From positions 1 through 63,828 of the forward strand of contig USHR01000001.1 in assembly GCA_900554495.1 (NCBI GenBank): a stretch of DNA of 63,828 nt, given 5' to 3'. The DNA is from an uncultured Collinsella sp. (lineage in GTDB: Bacteria > Actinomycetota > Coriobacteriia > Coriobacteriales > Coriobacteriaceae). Made by a program: the position numbers and the translations under genes. The notes under the pieces are model-generated. The model did no database searches, was not told the DNA's origin, and worked only from the letters and a program-made list of their open reading frames with translations. Below are positions 30,319 through 40,400 of the stretch, in pieces; the stretch's first letter is position 1; each line of letters begins with the position of its first letter.

Positions 30319-30402
30319 TGATCCCTTGGGGACGGAGGAAAACGGATCATCGGGTTAGACTGACCCCTCGTTGATCCGCTTTCCTCCGTCCCCAAGGGAT
30401 CA
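30319..30402. repeat. REP-like inverted doublet with 31-bp arms
   Basis: TGATCCCTTGGGGACGGAGGAAAACGGATCA-N22-TGATCCGCTTTCCTCCGTCCCCAAGGGATCA, one mismatch. Confidence 0.85.
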
Positions 30403-30486
30403 AATCTGTTGGCGTGGGGCAAATCTGTCCGCATGGGCGGGTAGGATGGATGCATTGATTATTGCGAACGGTTTGAGTGGAGGACC

Positions 30487-33400
30487 ATGCCTGTTCGAAT
30501 CTATACCACCAATACCGGTACGGACTTGAGCGATGCCGAGGCGGCGTTGCTCGCCGACCTGGTTGCCCGCCACGGGCGTGCCGTTTTGCTGGCACCCTCG
30601 TTTGCCGAGCTCGACCTGTGCCGTCACGATGCTGCGGTTGCTGGCGCCTCGCTGGGCGTTGACTACAAAACCCCCGCGTCGTGGCTTCGTTCGCTGTGGG
30701 AGCTTATGGGCGATGGCCGCAGCTTCGTCGACAACATGCAGCGTCAGATGCTGTTCTCGGACATGATCGTCCGTCGCGACGATGCCGACCTGCAGCCGCT
30801 TTTGCGCAGTCAGGGAACGGTGCGCATGCTCGCGCGCATGGCCCGCGATGTGCTGCCGGGCGTAGCGGGAACGGGTGTCGAGCGCTGCTGCGGTGCCGCT
30901 GCTCAGCCCGATCCCAAAAGCGACGCCGAGGCCCGAGTGTTCGAGCTGTTGAGTGCCTATGCGAGCGGCTTGGACCGTCGAGACATGGTCGAGCCCTGCG
31001 AGGCGGCTGACCTTATGGCCGAGGTGCTGGCCGACAACCTTCCGGCGTGCGCCCGCGCGGTATGTGTGCGCGGTACCACATCGTTTACGCATGGCCTGCT
31101 CGAGCTGCTGTCGGCCGTGGCGAATAACGGGGGAGAGGTCGTTGTGCTGCTTGCCTGCGAGCAGGCGGCAATGCGCGAGAAACTTGCTGCCGCTTTTGAT
31201 GCCCGCGGTGTGCTGTTTGAGGCTGCGCCGCTGGGGGAGGGTGCCGCCGCGCGCCAGACTGCCTCCAAGTCCGCCGCTCAGCCTACCTTTGTAGAGGTTG
31301 CCGGCCCTCACGCCCGCGCCCACGCCTATGTGGATGCAATCGATGATCTGGTAAAAACGTGTGAGGCCGCCGCGGTCGACGGCGGTGTCACGGCGTCCGC
31401 GGACCCCGTGCGCGTGCTCGTGGTGTCTGCCCGGGCGCCCCGGCTGTTCGGTGAACTCGCTGCCCGTTTGGCGGCGCGTCATATTGCGGCCGAGACAACC
31501 GAGTTCACGGCGTTTTCCCAATCCATCGCGGGCAGGCAGTTCACGGCGCTCGCCAATCTGATTGAACGCATGAAGGCCGCCGACGAGGGCACCGCCTCCA
31601 AGACCGAGTGGTGGCCCGCGCCGGAGCTTACCGACTGGATTTACAGTCCGCTTTCGGGTGCCGATACCGCCAGCGCGCGCACCTTCGACAAGAACATGCG
31701 CCTGTCGCGCGGCAAGACCACCACGGCCGTCAAGAGCCTGCTGCAGAGCGTGCAGGGCCAGGTCAGGGGCACGCGCAAGGCCGCCAGTGATGATAACTGG
31801 TTTAAGAACGTGCCGTGCGTGGTCTCGGACGTGTTCCAAGCGCTGTGGCGCGACAAACCCGTGACGGCGCTCAAGGCAATGCTCGCCGTCGCCGAGGCGT
31901 TGCCCTATCGCGCCCTTGGAGGCCTTGACGGTCAGGCTCGTCGCCAGGCGGAGACCGCCCTGCTGCGACATGCCATCGACATCCTTATGAACGATGCTCG
32001 TGCGCTCGACGTGTCGCAGGCCGCGACCGTGCCCGTGCTCGACGACGTTCGCACCAAGGTGGACACGCGCAGCACCGCATACGATTACGAGACCTACGAG
32101 GTCGACCGCACGCCGCGCGCCCAGGTGCGCTTTGCATCGCTTGCCGATGCGGCGGCCCTGCGCCCCGCCAGTTACGATGCCGTGCTGTTTGCCGACGTCG
32201 ACTTGGACAGTTATCCGCTCTCACATGAGGAGGGCCCGCTGGCCACGCTGACGGCCGAGCTGGGGCGCAGTGGCGTGACGCTTGAGCCCGCGGTCCTGCT
32301 GCGCGTGCGCTTTGGCCGCGCGATGCAGGCGGCGCGCGGCCCCGTTGTGCTCGCCCGCGTGACCCACGATCGCCAGGCACGCGAGTGCTACCCGGCAGCC
32401 GTGTGGACCGAGCTGCGGGCGCACGCCGAGGCCCCTGGCGCCGTCAAGGTTGCGTGCGTGGGCGAGGGTGGTATCGTCGCCGATTTTGATCCAGCGGCCG
32501 GCGAGGGCATTGAGTGCAAGCGCGTCGCGTGCGAGGCTCCTCAGCATTTGAGTGAGGCGGCTGTGCCGTATCTGGTCCTGCGTCGCCGCGATGGCGAGGG
32601 CGAGAACGCGCCACTCGTGCCGCGTCTGACGTCCGCCTCGCAGATTGAGGCGTACTCGATGTGCCCGCTGTGCTGGTTCGTGTCGTATCGCGTGAAGCCC
32701 CAGTCCATCGACGCGGGCTTTGGCAACATGGAGAAGGGCAACTTTGTCCACGATGTGCTGGAGCGGCTGCATGCCCGCCTGCCCCAGGAGGGCATGGAGC
32801 GCGTGACGCCCGAGAATCTGCCGCGCGCCCAGGAGCTGCTGCGCGAGGTCTTTGACGAGACTTTGGTCGAGCACGCCGGCAAGCGAGGCACGGAGGGCCC
32901 GCTGGTGCCGCTCTCTGCGGTGGAGGAGCGCCAGGTGGCCGAGATCTTGCCGCAGCTGGAGGGCGTGCTTGCCTACGAATCCGAGGCACTTGCCCCCTTT
33001 GCCCCGCGCTACCTGGAGTTCGCCTTCAACGAGCTCAAGGTCGAGTATGCCGGTTGGCCGCTTGGCGGGCGCATCGACCGCGTGGACGTGGACGCCGAGA
33101 ATCGTGCCGTGGTGATCGACTACAAGCATCGCACGGGCGTTGAGGAGTTTAAGCTTGCCGACCCTACGGTGCGCGACGAGGAATCGGGCACGGCGCCCAT
33201 CGACGATCCGCGCTGGTTACCGCCACACACCCAAACGCTCATCTACGCGCAGGCCATGCGCCGGGCGCTGGATTTGGACACCCGCGCGGCGCTCTACTTT
33301 TCGACCAAGGGCGGCAAGCCGGCGTTGCGCGGTGCCGCGAGCGCCGAGCTACTCGAGGAAGAGCGCGGCGACGGTCGCATCCCGGGCCTTAAGAAAGGTT

Positions 33401-33585
33401 TCCCCGGCGAGGGTGGCAGCATGGATTTCGACGCCCTGCTCGATCGCGTGGAGGCCGGCATCGCCGAGCGCCTGCGGGAACTCGAGGCGGGTAACGTCGC
33501 TGCCGTCGACCCGACGTCGACGCAGGCCGCGCATGCGCGCTGCTCGTATAACCACGAAGGAACGTTTGTAAGGAGGGACGTGTAG
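30487..33585 (+). CDS. AddB/AdnA-like subunit with C-terminal PD-(D/E)XK nuclease
   Basis: SASQIEAYSMCP, GNFVHDVLE, GRIDRVD, VIDYK; coupled to a UvrD-type helicase gene. Confidence 0.82.
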   Translation: MPVRIYTTNTGTDLSDAEAALLADLVARHGRAVLLAPSFAELDLCRHDAAVAGASLGVDYKTPASWLRSLWELMGDGRSFVDNMQRQMLFSDMIVRRDDADLQPLLRSQGTVRMLARMARDVLPGVAGTGVERCCGAAAQPDPKSDAEARVFELLSAYASGLDRRDMVEPCEAADLMAEVLADNLPACARAVCVRGTTSFTHGLLELLSAVANNGGEVVVLLACEQAAMREKLAAAFDARGVLFEAAPLGEGAAARQTASKSAAQPTFVEVAGPHARAHAYVDAIDDLVKTCEAAAVDGGVTASADPVRVLVVSARAPRLFGELAARLAARHIAAETTEFTAFSQSIAGRQFTALANLIERMKAADEGTASKTEWWPAPELTDWIYSPLSGADTASARTFDKNMRLSRGKTTTAVKSLLQSVQGQVRGTRKAASDDNWFKNVPCVVSDVFQALWRDKPVTALKAMLAVAEALPYRALGGLDGQARRQAETALLRHAIDILMNDARALDVSQAATVPVLDDVRTKVDTRSTAYDYETYEVDRTPRAQVRFASLADAAALRPASYDAVLFADVDLDSYPLSHEEGPLATLTAELGRSGVTLEPAVLLRVRFGRAMQAARGPVVLARVTHDRQARECYPAAVWTELRAHAEAPGAVKVACVGEGGIVADFDPAAGEGIECKRVACEAPQHLSEAAVPYLVLRRRDGEGENAPLVPRLTSASQIEAYSMCPLCWFVSYRVKPQSIDAGFGNMEKGNFVHDVLERLHARLPQEGMERVTPENLPRAQELLREVFDETLVEHAGKRGTEGPLVPLSAVEERQVAEILPQLEGVLAYESEALAPFAPRYLEFAFNELKVEYAGWPLGGRIDRVDVDAENRAVVIDYKHRTGVEEFKLADPTVRDEESGTAPIDDPRWLPPHTQTLIYAQAMRRALDLDTRAALYFSTKGGKPALRGAASAELLEEERGDGRIPGLKKGFPGEGGSMDFDALLDRVEAGIAERLRELEAGNVAAVDPTSTQAAHARCSYNHEGTFVRRDV

Positions 33586-33588
33586 ACC

Positions 33589-36500
33589 ATGGATTTTTCG
33601 ACTTTGATGCCGCAACAGCTGCAGATCGTCAAAACGCTCGACCGTCCGCTGTTTGTCTCGGCGGGCGCCGGTTCGGGCAAGACCTTTACCCTCACGCGCC
33701 GCATCGTCTACGCGCTCTCGCCCGAATCCGGTCCGTTCGTTGAGCATCTGGACCAGGTGCTCGCCATTACCTTTACCAAAGATGCCGCGGCCGAGATCCG
33801 TGACCGCGTGCGCCGCGCGCTCATCGACGAGGGCATGGACGAGGAAGCCCTGACCGTCGACGATGCGTGGATCTCGACCATTCACGGCATGTGCTCGCGT
33901 ATCCTGCGCGCGCACGCGTTGGAGCTGGGCATCGATCCCGAGTTCACGGTGCTCACCGATACCGACGAGCTCATGGACCAGGCTGTTGAGCATGTGCTGG
34001 CCCGCGCGACGGCGCCCGATGCCGCCCCCGAGCTCGCGGCATCGCTCAAGGCCCTCTACGCCTGGTATCCCATGGCGGGCGAGGGCGGCCCCTTTGGCGC
34101 CGGCACGACCATCAAGGGTCTGGTGCGCGAGCTGCTGGAGCTCTCGAGCCAGCTGCCGGGCGGCATGGACGACGTGCGCGTGGCGCGCGGCCAGGCCGAC
34201 ACTTCGGCACTCGCCGATGCCTATCGATCGGCGCTGGGTGCAAGCAAGGCGGCGACCGAAAAGGCGCAGGTCGCACTCGACGCCATCGATGCGTTCGAGG
34301 CGAGCGGCAAGACCATGGCCGATGCGGCACGACTCATGATGTCGTGCACCATGCCGCGCGCGAGCAAGGCGTTCCCCAAGGAGCAGGTCGAACTGCTCAA
34401 GGCCGAGGCTGCCGATGCATTTATCAATATCGTGCTGGCTTGCGGTGGTCCCGCGCTCGATGCGCTGGCGGGCCTGGCCCGTTCCGTGGAGGCCGAGTAT
34501 CGCGCGCTGAAGGCTGCCCAGTCTGCCCTCGACAACAACGACCTGCTGCGCATGGCCTACGAGGCCCTGCGCGATTACCCGGCCATCCGAGCGGCATACG
34601 AGGGCCGCTTTAAGATGGTCATGATCGACGAGTTCCAGGATACCGACCAGATGCAGGTCGACCTGATCCGTTACCTGACCGGCGCGGGGGAGCGCGCGTT
34701 GTGTACCGTGGGCGATGCGCAGCAGTCGATCTATCGTTTCCGCGGCGCCGAGGTCGAGGTCTTCCGCCGCCAGGAGCGCAAGGTGGGCGCCTCGGGGACG
34801 GCCGAGGCAGCGGCCGTCGCTGGCGTTGCTGCCGATGTCCCTGCTGGCGAGCTCGTCAAACTCGTGCGCAACTTCCGCAGCCATGACGAAGTGCTGCGTT
34901 ACGTGGCACGCGTCTTCGACGGCGATGACGGCGGCCTGATGCAGGGCTTTTTGGACCTTGAGGCGAGCGACGGCCGCAAGGACACGCTGGTGGCAGATGC
35001 CTCGCGTCGCCAGGCCCTCTTTGTTGCCGGCGGCAGTACGCAGGAGCGCACACAGGCCAAGGCCCGTGTGATCGCCGAGCGATTCCGCGCGCTTGCCGAT
35101 GCCGGCCAGCCCCAGGGCGGCATGGTGCTGCTGCTGGGCCGCATGACCAACGCTGACGTCTACGCACAGGCCTTCCGCGACCAAGGGCTCGACTGCGTCA
35201 TCGCGGGCGGCTCGGTCTTTGCGCAGGCTGCCGAGGTGCAGACGGTGCGTGCCCTGGTCTGCGCGCTCGCCAACCCGGCCGATACGGCGCAGGGCCTCAT
35301 GCCCTTGCTGGCCTCGCCGATGTTTGCACTCGGCGCCCAGGAATTCCTGGCGCTGGCGACCAAGCTCGATAGCGAGACGGGGGAGACCTCGCGCCGCAAC
35401 ATCGATGCGGGCATCATGAGCGATTCCGATGCGCCGGGCCTGCAGGGCCTGCCGCTCGTGACGCGCGCCCGCGAGGTGCTGCGTTATGCGCTTCGTCGTG
35501 TGGGCCGCGATTCGTTCGCCGCCATCGCGCGCGACGTGGTCAACGCTTCGGGCTGGTTTGTGCGTCTGGCGCAGCGTGGTCCCGAGGGCAAGGCCATTGC
35601 CGCCAACGTGCTCAAGGCGCTCGATGCCGTGGCCGAGGCGGAGGCCGAGTTCGGCAACTCGCCGCGCTCCATTGCGCTTGCCTTCGACCGCTTTCTGGCG
35701 GGCAAGGAGGCCCCGGGCGCGCTCAACGAGGAGGGCGACGGCGCGGTGCGCATCATGACGGTGCACGCATCCAAGGGCCTGGAATATCCGGTCGTGGCGG
35801 TCGCCGAGTGCTTTGGCGTGCGTAAGTCCTCGGGTGCGGCACAGATGGGTCGCGTCGACGGCGGCGCGCAGGTCGTGGCACTGCCGGCACGCTTCGACGG
35901 CGTTAAGCTCGCCGACGGAACCTTTGTGAAGGGCGACGACGTTAAAAAGCAGTTTGAGCATGCGTTTAAGGGCAAGGGCACGTCGCTATGGCTGCCGCCG
36001 GAGCTCATGGAGGACGTCTGCGCGACGGGTTCTCCCGCTGAGGCATTTGCTCGCCTGCGCAACGACGACCTGCAGCTTTCGCTCGAAGAGCGGGCTCGTT
36101 TGCTCTATGTCGCCATGACGCGTGCGCGAGAGCTGGTCATTCTGGCGATGGATGCCGGCGTGAGCCGTGGCAAGGTGACGGCGCCGACCTTCGACGTCGA
36201 GACTGATCTGACCTACGACGTGCTGCGCCGTATTTTGCCGACCGACGTTCTGGACATGCCGCAGCTCGATGCCGACCGCCTGGTGTTCGACAACTCTCAG
36301 TCGGGCGACTACGAGCTCATTTCGCTCGCGGACTTTACCTTTGGCGAGCAGGCGTTTGAGGCCAACGCTTCACTGGATGCCGAGGGCAGGCTTGTCCGCG
36401 GCGATGCGGAGCCGGAGGGTGCCGGTGCAGATACCCGCGCCGCCGTTCCCGGTCCTGCTGACCCCGAGCCCGATGCGTTTGAGCTCGTGTATCCCCAGGC

Positions 36501-37233
36501 AGCGGGCGTGCGCATGGGTATCTGTCCGTATCCGGCGCGCGATTCGTACAGCTACTCGTCAATTGCCGCGGCGCTGCATGCCGAGTCCGAGGACCGTGCC
36601 GCCGAGGCGCGCGTGCCCATGGACGAGGCCGGCGATGATGCGGAGTCGGATGGTTCCGAGATGACGGATGCAGACGTGGCCGCCGTTGAGCCTACCGGCA
36701 ACCCCATGGCGCTGGGCTCGGCGTTCCATGCCGCCTGCCAGTGGCTGATCGAGATGGGTGCCGGTGAGCTGCCCGCCGCGCGTGCCGATGCACTGGCGCG
36801 CCTGTGGCGCTTGACGCCTGAGCAGTGCGAACGCTTCGACGTTGCCCTGGACCGCTGGCTCAAGTCGGCTGTTCGTGCCGACCTGCTTGCGTGGCCGTGC
36901 GTTCGCGCCGAGGTGCCGTTCTTTTCGCTGGGCTGCGAGGACGAGGACATCGCTCGCTACGGTGCATATGCCGAGGGCGCCATCGACGCTTTGGCGACGA
37001 ACCCGGCGGATTCGTCACGCGCACTGGTCATCGATTACAAGACGGGCGGCACACCGGACGAGACGCCGGAACAGCTGCAGGAGAAGCACGCCCTGCAGGC
37101 GCGCGTCTACGCCGATGTTCTGCACAAGGCGGGCTTTGAGGCCGTGACCGTCAAGTTCGTCCGCGTGGAGCAGCCGGATCCAACCATCTTCGTCGAACCC
37201 GCCGAACCTCAAGTAGTCACCTACAATCTCTAG
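33589..37233 (+). CDS. addA: AddA-like UvrD helicase-nuclease
   Basis: AGAGSGKT, DEFQD, VGDAQQSIYRFRGA, NFRS, TVHASKGLE, YVAMTRA, GAID...IDYKTG. Confidence 0.85.
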   Translation: MDFSTLMPQQLQIVKTLDRPLFVSAGAGSGKTFTLTRRIVYALSPESGPFVEHLDQVLAITFTKDAAAEIRDRVRRALIDEGMDEEALTVDDAWISTIHGMCSRILRAHALELGIDPEFTVLTDTDELMDQAVEHVLARATAPDAAPELAASLKALYAWYPMAGEGGPFGAGTTIKGLVRELLELSSQLPGGMDDVRVARGQADTSALADAYRSALGASKAATEKAQVALDAIDAFEASGKTMADAARLMMSCTMPRASKAFPKEQVELLKAEAADAFINIVLACGGPALDALAGLARSVEAEYRALKAAQSALDNNDLLRMAYEALRDYPAIRAAYEGRFKMVMIDEFQDTDQMQVDLIRYLTGAGERALCTVGDAQQSIYRFRGAEVEVFRRQERKVGASGTAEAAAVAGVAADVPAGELVKLVRNFRSHDEVLRYVARVFDGDDGGLMQGFLDLEASDGRKDTLVADASRRQALFVAGGSTQERTQAKARVIAERFRALADAGQPQGGMVLLLGRMTNADVYAQAFRDQGLDCVIAGGSVFAQAAEVQTVRALVCALANPADTAQGLMPLLASPMFALGAQEFLALATKLDSETGETSRRNIDAGIMSDSDAPGLQGLPLVTRAREVLRYALRRVGRDSFAAIARDVVNASGWFVRLAQRGPEGKAIAANVLKALDAVAEAEAEFGNSPRSIALAFDRFLAGKEAPGALNEEGDGAVRIMTVHASKGLEYPVVAVAECFGVRKSSGAAQMGRVDGGAQVVALPARFDGVKLADGTFVKGDDVKKQFEHAFKGKGTSLWLPPELMEDVCATGSPAEAFARLRNDDLQLSLEERARLLYVAMTRARELVILAMDAGVSRGKVTAPTFDVETDLTYDVLRRILPTDVLDMPQLDADRLVFDNSQSGDYELISLADFTFGEQAFEANASLDAEGRLVRGDAEPEGAGADTRAAVPGPADPEPDAFELVYPQAAGVRMGICPYPARDSYSYSSIAAALHAESEDRAAEARVPMDEAGDDAESDGSEMTDADVAAVEPTGNPMALGSAFHAACQWLIEMGAGELPAARADALARLWRLTPEQCERFDVALDRWLKSAVRADLLAWPCVRAEVPFFSLGCEDEDIARYGAYAEGAIDALATNPADSSRALVIDYKTGGTPDETPEQLQEKHALQARVYADVLHKAGFEAVTVKFVRVEQPDPTIFVEPAEPQVVTYNL

Positions 37234-37245
37234 CCCTCAGATAAC

Positions 37246-37308
37246 TTGCGGTGGAATAGTTCCTGTATTGTGGCCCAGATGGCCCAAGTGGGAACTATTT
37301 CACCGCAA
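37246..37308. repeat. Inverted repeat, 18-bp arms with 27-nt loop
   Basis: TTGCGGTGGAATAGTTCC / GGAACTATTTCACCGCAA. Confidence 0.7.
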
Positions 37309-37409
37309 CTGCAAGAGGAGCCGTGTGGGTTTGGCTAGGTTCGGGTGCTGTCCGTGCCGTGCGGTAAAATCGTTCAGTCAGAACACGAACCCGCATCGGA
37401 GCTCATCAC

Positions 37410-40400
37410 ATGGCATTCGTCCATCTGCACAATCACACTGTTTTTTCCATGCTCGACGGCGCAACCCGTATCCAGGATATGGTCAACCGTGCCGTTGAGC
37501 TGGGTATGCCCGCCGTTGCCATTACCGACCACGGTTACATGTACGGCGTACCCGACTTGGCGCTGGCCTGCGACGCCGTCAATCACAACACGCCCGAGTA
37601 CAAAACCTGGAGCCACGACAAGGCCTTCTTGGAAAAGGACCGCCGCGACGAGCTGGTGGAGCCCGATCCCGAGGAAAACCCGCGCGAGCATGCCCAGTAC
37701 GTCAAAGACATGGCCATGTGGGACGAGAAGGGCAACATCGACGAGCTCAAGCCGCCCCTGGTCATCAAGCCCATCTTTGGCTGCGAGGTTTACTTTACGC
37801 CGGACGAGACGCTCGCCCGCGACCACAAGCCCGAGCTCTACCACATGATCCTTCTGGCCAAGGACCAGGAGGGCTACGTCAACCTGATGCAGACGGTCTC
37901 CGAGGCCGCCGTGCAGGGCTTTTACTACAAGCCGCGTGTGACGCTCGACAACCTGCGCCGCCATGCCAAGGGCATGATCTGCACGAGTGCCTGTATCGCG
38001 GGCATCATCCCCAAATACATCGACCGCGGTGACATGGAAGGCGCCATCAAGTGGGCCGAGACCTTCCGCGACACCTTCGACCCCGGCGATTTTTACATCG
38101 AGATTCAGGAACACGGCATTACCACCGATAACGGCCTGACCGACGAGCAGATGGACCGCACGCTCATCGATATCGCCAAGCAGGTGGGCGTCAAGGTCAT
38201 CGCCACCAATGACTTTCACTACCTGCGCCGCGAGGATGCGCCCGTGCAGGACGTCATCATGTGCATTGGCATGAACGCCAAGGTCGACGACCCCAACCGC
38301 ATGCGCATGACCGGCTCGGAGTTTTACATGAAGACCGAGGAGGAGATGCGGGCGATGTTCCCGTATTGCCCCGAGGCCTGCGACAACACGCTCGAGATCG
38401 CCGACAAGTGCTACGTCGAGCTGGACTGGGACTCCATCATCCTGCCGCGCTTCCCACTGCTCGATCCCGGCGAGACGCACGAGAGCCAGTTCCGCCGCGA
38501 GTGCGAGAAGGGCCTGCGCCAGCACTATGGTGACGACTGGGCCACGCGCGAGATCGGTGGCGTCAACATCAAAGAGCGTTTTGAGTACGAATACAAGGTC
38601 ATTTGCGACAAGGGCTTTGCCGCCTACTTTTTGATCGTCGCCGAGTACGTGCAATGGGCCAAGGACAATGGCATCGGCGTCGGCCCCGGCCGTGGCTCTG
38701 CCGCCGGCGCTATCGTCGCCTACGCCATGAACATCACCGCGTTCGACCCGCTCGAGAACGGCCTGATGTTCGAGAGGTTCCTGTCCCCGCAGCGTACCGA
38801 GATGCCCGATATCGATATGGACTTCGACGATGAGCGGCGCCTCGAGGTCGTGGAGCACGTTCGCCAGCTCTACGGCCCCGAGAAGGTCACCCACGTTATC
38901 ACCTACTCGACCATCAAGGCCAAGCAGGCCATCAACGATGCCGCGCGCGTTCTGGACTACCCGGTCTACATGGGCCAGCGCCTGTCCAAGATGGTCTCGA
39001 GCGACCCCAAGGTCAAGCTCAAGCAGGTACTCGAAAAACAACCCGGCAAAGAGGATCTGTTTAACCCCGACTTTGCCGAGGCCTATAAAAAGGATGACGA
39101 CGCCCGCCGCATCATCGACACGGCGCTCTCGATTGAGGGTCTCACCCGTGGCGAGGGCGTGCACGCGTGCGCCGTTCTGATCTGCCGCGACCCCGTCAAC
39201 GAGCACGTGCCCACCAAGCTCGACACCAAGGGCGGCGTCGAGATTACCCAGTACGAGGGCCATACCGTTGCCGACATGGGCCTGCTCAAGATGGACTTCT
39301 TGGGCCTGCGCACGCTGACGGTTATCTCCAAGGCCAAGGCAAACATCAAAAAGAACTTCGGCATCGACATCAAAGAGGAAGAGATTCCCTTTGACGACCC
39401 CGAGATCTTTAAGCTCATGGGTTCCGGCCACACCGCCGGCGTCTTTCAGGTCGAGTCCGCCGGCATGACGGCCACGATCAAGAACATGAAGCCCACCGAG
39501 TACAAGCACGTCGTGGCATTGATCGCTCTGTACCGCCCGGGCCCGCTGGGCGCCGGCATGGTTTCGTCCTACATCAACCGTATGAACGGCAAGGAGCCGG
39601 CCGTCTCCTACGACGACCGTCTGGACGACATCCTGGGCGAAACCTACGGCACCATGGTCTACCAGGAGCAGGTTATGCTCATCTCCGTCGAGATGTGCGG
39701 CTTCTCCAAGGGCGAATCGGACTCGCGTATCCGTAAGCCCGTGGCTAAGAAAAAGATTAAACTGCTCACGTCGACGGTGCTCCACTGGGAGGATGGCTCG
39801 GACGAGACCACCTACGACCACTGGATGAACGGTGCTATCAAGAACAACTACACGCGCGAGGTCGCCCAGAAGATTTGGGACGATGTTCTCGAGTTCGCAT
39901 CTTACGCCTTTAACAAGTCGCACTCCGCTGGCTACGCCATCCTGGTTATGCAGACGGCGTGGCTCAAGGCGCATTATCCGCACGAGTACATGGCGGCCGT
40001 TCTGACGTCCTATACGGGCAAGACCGACAAGATCGTTCACTACGTCTCGGCGTGCCGTCACGACGGCATCCCCGTGCTGTCGCCAGATGTCAACGAGTCC
40101 GGTACCGAGTTCACGGCTACCAAGGAAGGCGTGCGCTTTGGTTTGGCTGGCATCCGCGGCGTGGGCACCGGCGTGGCGCAGGCGATTATCGCCGAGCGCG
40201 AGGCGGGCGGTCCGTTTAAGACGCTGCACGACTTTGTCGAGCGCGTGGACTCGAGCCAGGCCAACCGTCGCGTGATCGAATCGCTCATCAAAGCAGGCGC
40301 CTTCGACTCCACGGGGTATCCGCGTCGCCAGATGATGCACTTTGTGGATAAGAACAACCCCGAGAACATCATCGATGCCGCGGTAAAGCGCCAGAAAGAT

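Noticed and set aside
37575..37765. Intein in DnaE
   Set aside because: Too short, lacks N-terminal Cys/Ser and C-terminal His-Asn splice motifs, and is not at a usual DnaE intein site
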